Shown here piece after piece: positions 62,144 through 63,048 of a stretch of DNA of 63,048 nt. The stretch covers positions 55,877,014 to 55,940,061 of the forward strand of contig NC_057719.1 in the NCBI RefSeq assembly GCF_004010195.1. Reading direction: 5' to 3'. The notes under the pieces are model-generated. The model saw only the letters and a program-made list of their open reading frames with translations. It was not told the DNA's origin and did no database searches. The DNA comes from Chiloscyllium plagiosum. Taxonomy: Eukaryota. The translations under genes and the position numbers were made by a program. Numbering within the stretch: position 1 is the first letter of the stretch; every line of letters starts with the position of its first letter.

Positions 62144-62892
62144 CACTTCTATCAAGTTATTTTATCAATCCCAACCTCAGAAATAAGTATATTTAGACTT
62201 GTTGATTTTAATTGTTTTTTTTTAGTGGGAGCCACAAGTGATTGCAGTCAAGTTATTTTTCCCATTCTCCAAAACATTTGACTCTGATTGAGATCACGTT
62301 TCTGAAAGGCAGAATTTGATTGTCACTAGTATGTTCTTGACTCTGCAAGACTCCTGTCTTCCTGGCTGTGACATCAATAAAGCAAATCTTGAAAACTGTT
62401 TAAAATTACATAAACAAAAGTGGCTCTAGATAGGTTAATAATGTCAATCATATTTGCACATTTAGAAATGTAACATTTAGCAATGTCCAAAACCACACAT
62501 CTAACAGTATGGGAGACATTTGGTTACATTTTTAAGAAATCAGTCAACAGAAAGCATGAACTCTCTGCTGTTCTGAGAAAGGGGCGGGGCCTAAATCACC
62601 AAGTGACATCATGTCACAATTTTATATAATTGGTTTTAAGTAACAGTAATTTCAATCTGTCTTTTTCTTGTCTTTTTATTTTCATGGTGTTTAACCTTGT
62701 TCAGATATTCCAACTGTCCCAAAGCAATTTTAGTAATTACTTGTAAGACCAGCTTCAAAATCTAACAAGCAAGCAGAACAAGTCAATTCTCATTTCTCCG
62801 TTTTTTCATGTTTCTCTCCAGAAAACAATTTATAAATTCCGAATTCAAATTGGATATCGACCAAACTTCAGTTTACCTAAATGTTTTGGGCT

Positions 62893-63048
62893 CAAAATGT
62901 GTTGCTGGAAAAGCGCAGCAGGTCAGGCAGCATCCAGGGAACAGGAGAATCGACGTTTCGGGCATAAGCCCTTCTTCAGGAATGAGGAAAGTTTGTCCAG
63001 CAGGCTAAGATAAAAGGTAGGGAGGAGGGACTTGGGGGAGGGGAGTCG
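62893..63048 (-). mobile_element. Penelope terminal repeat running off the window end
   Basis: Same family as 24390-24540; rc core CTGAAGA A GGGC-TTAT-GCCC GAAA CGTCGA at 62949-62979. Confidence 0.85.

Noticed and set aside
62580..62620. GC box ggggcggggc plus palindrome gtgacatcatgtcac as a promoter
   Set aside because: Isolated short motifs with no CpG island or downstream exon evidence.

Overview
Eukaryotic, repeat-dominated genomic DNA with four assembly gaps (7356-8156, 24850-24967, 32873-33277, 40905-41841). The repeat inventory points to a cartilaginous fish, probably a carpet/bamboo shark (inference): HE1-type V-SINEs, many CR1/HER1-type LINE fragments, a Deu-type SINE and several Penelope-like families. 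I recognise no intact protein-coding gene; every long ORF in the track is a transposon fragment or an N-gap artefact, so the window looks intergenic or like part of a very large intron. Transposon fossils read from frameshifted translations are a Ty1/Copia RT-RNaseH, a Ty3/Gypsy gag-pol split by four nested insertions, PIF/Harbinger transposase ends, Tx1-type LINE ends and a TA-flanked Tc1/mariner (pogo/Tigger-like) element with an internal minisatellite. The most notable patterns are (i) about ten hammerhead-ribozyme-like cores in three different Penelope families, (ii) five short Penelope insertions with 13-16 bp target duplications and junction microhomology, (iii) a tRNA-headed SINE that shares both its body and its tail with a CR1-type LINE, and (iv) one weak candidate minus-strand microexon. 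I found no evidence for a wholly new biological system. Element boundaries are approximate (tens of bp) unless fixed by a TSD or TIR.
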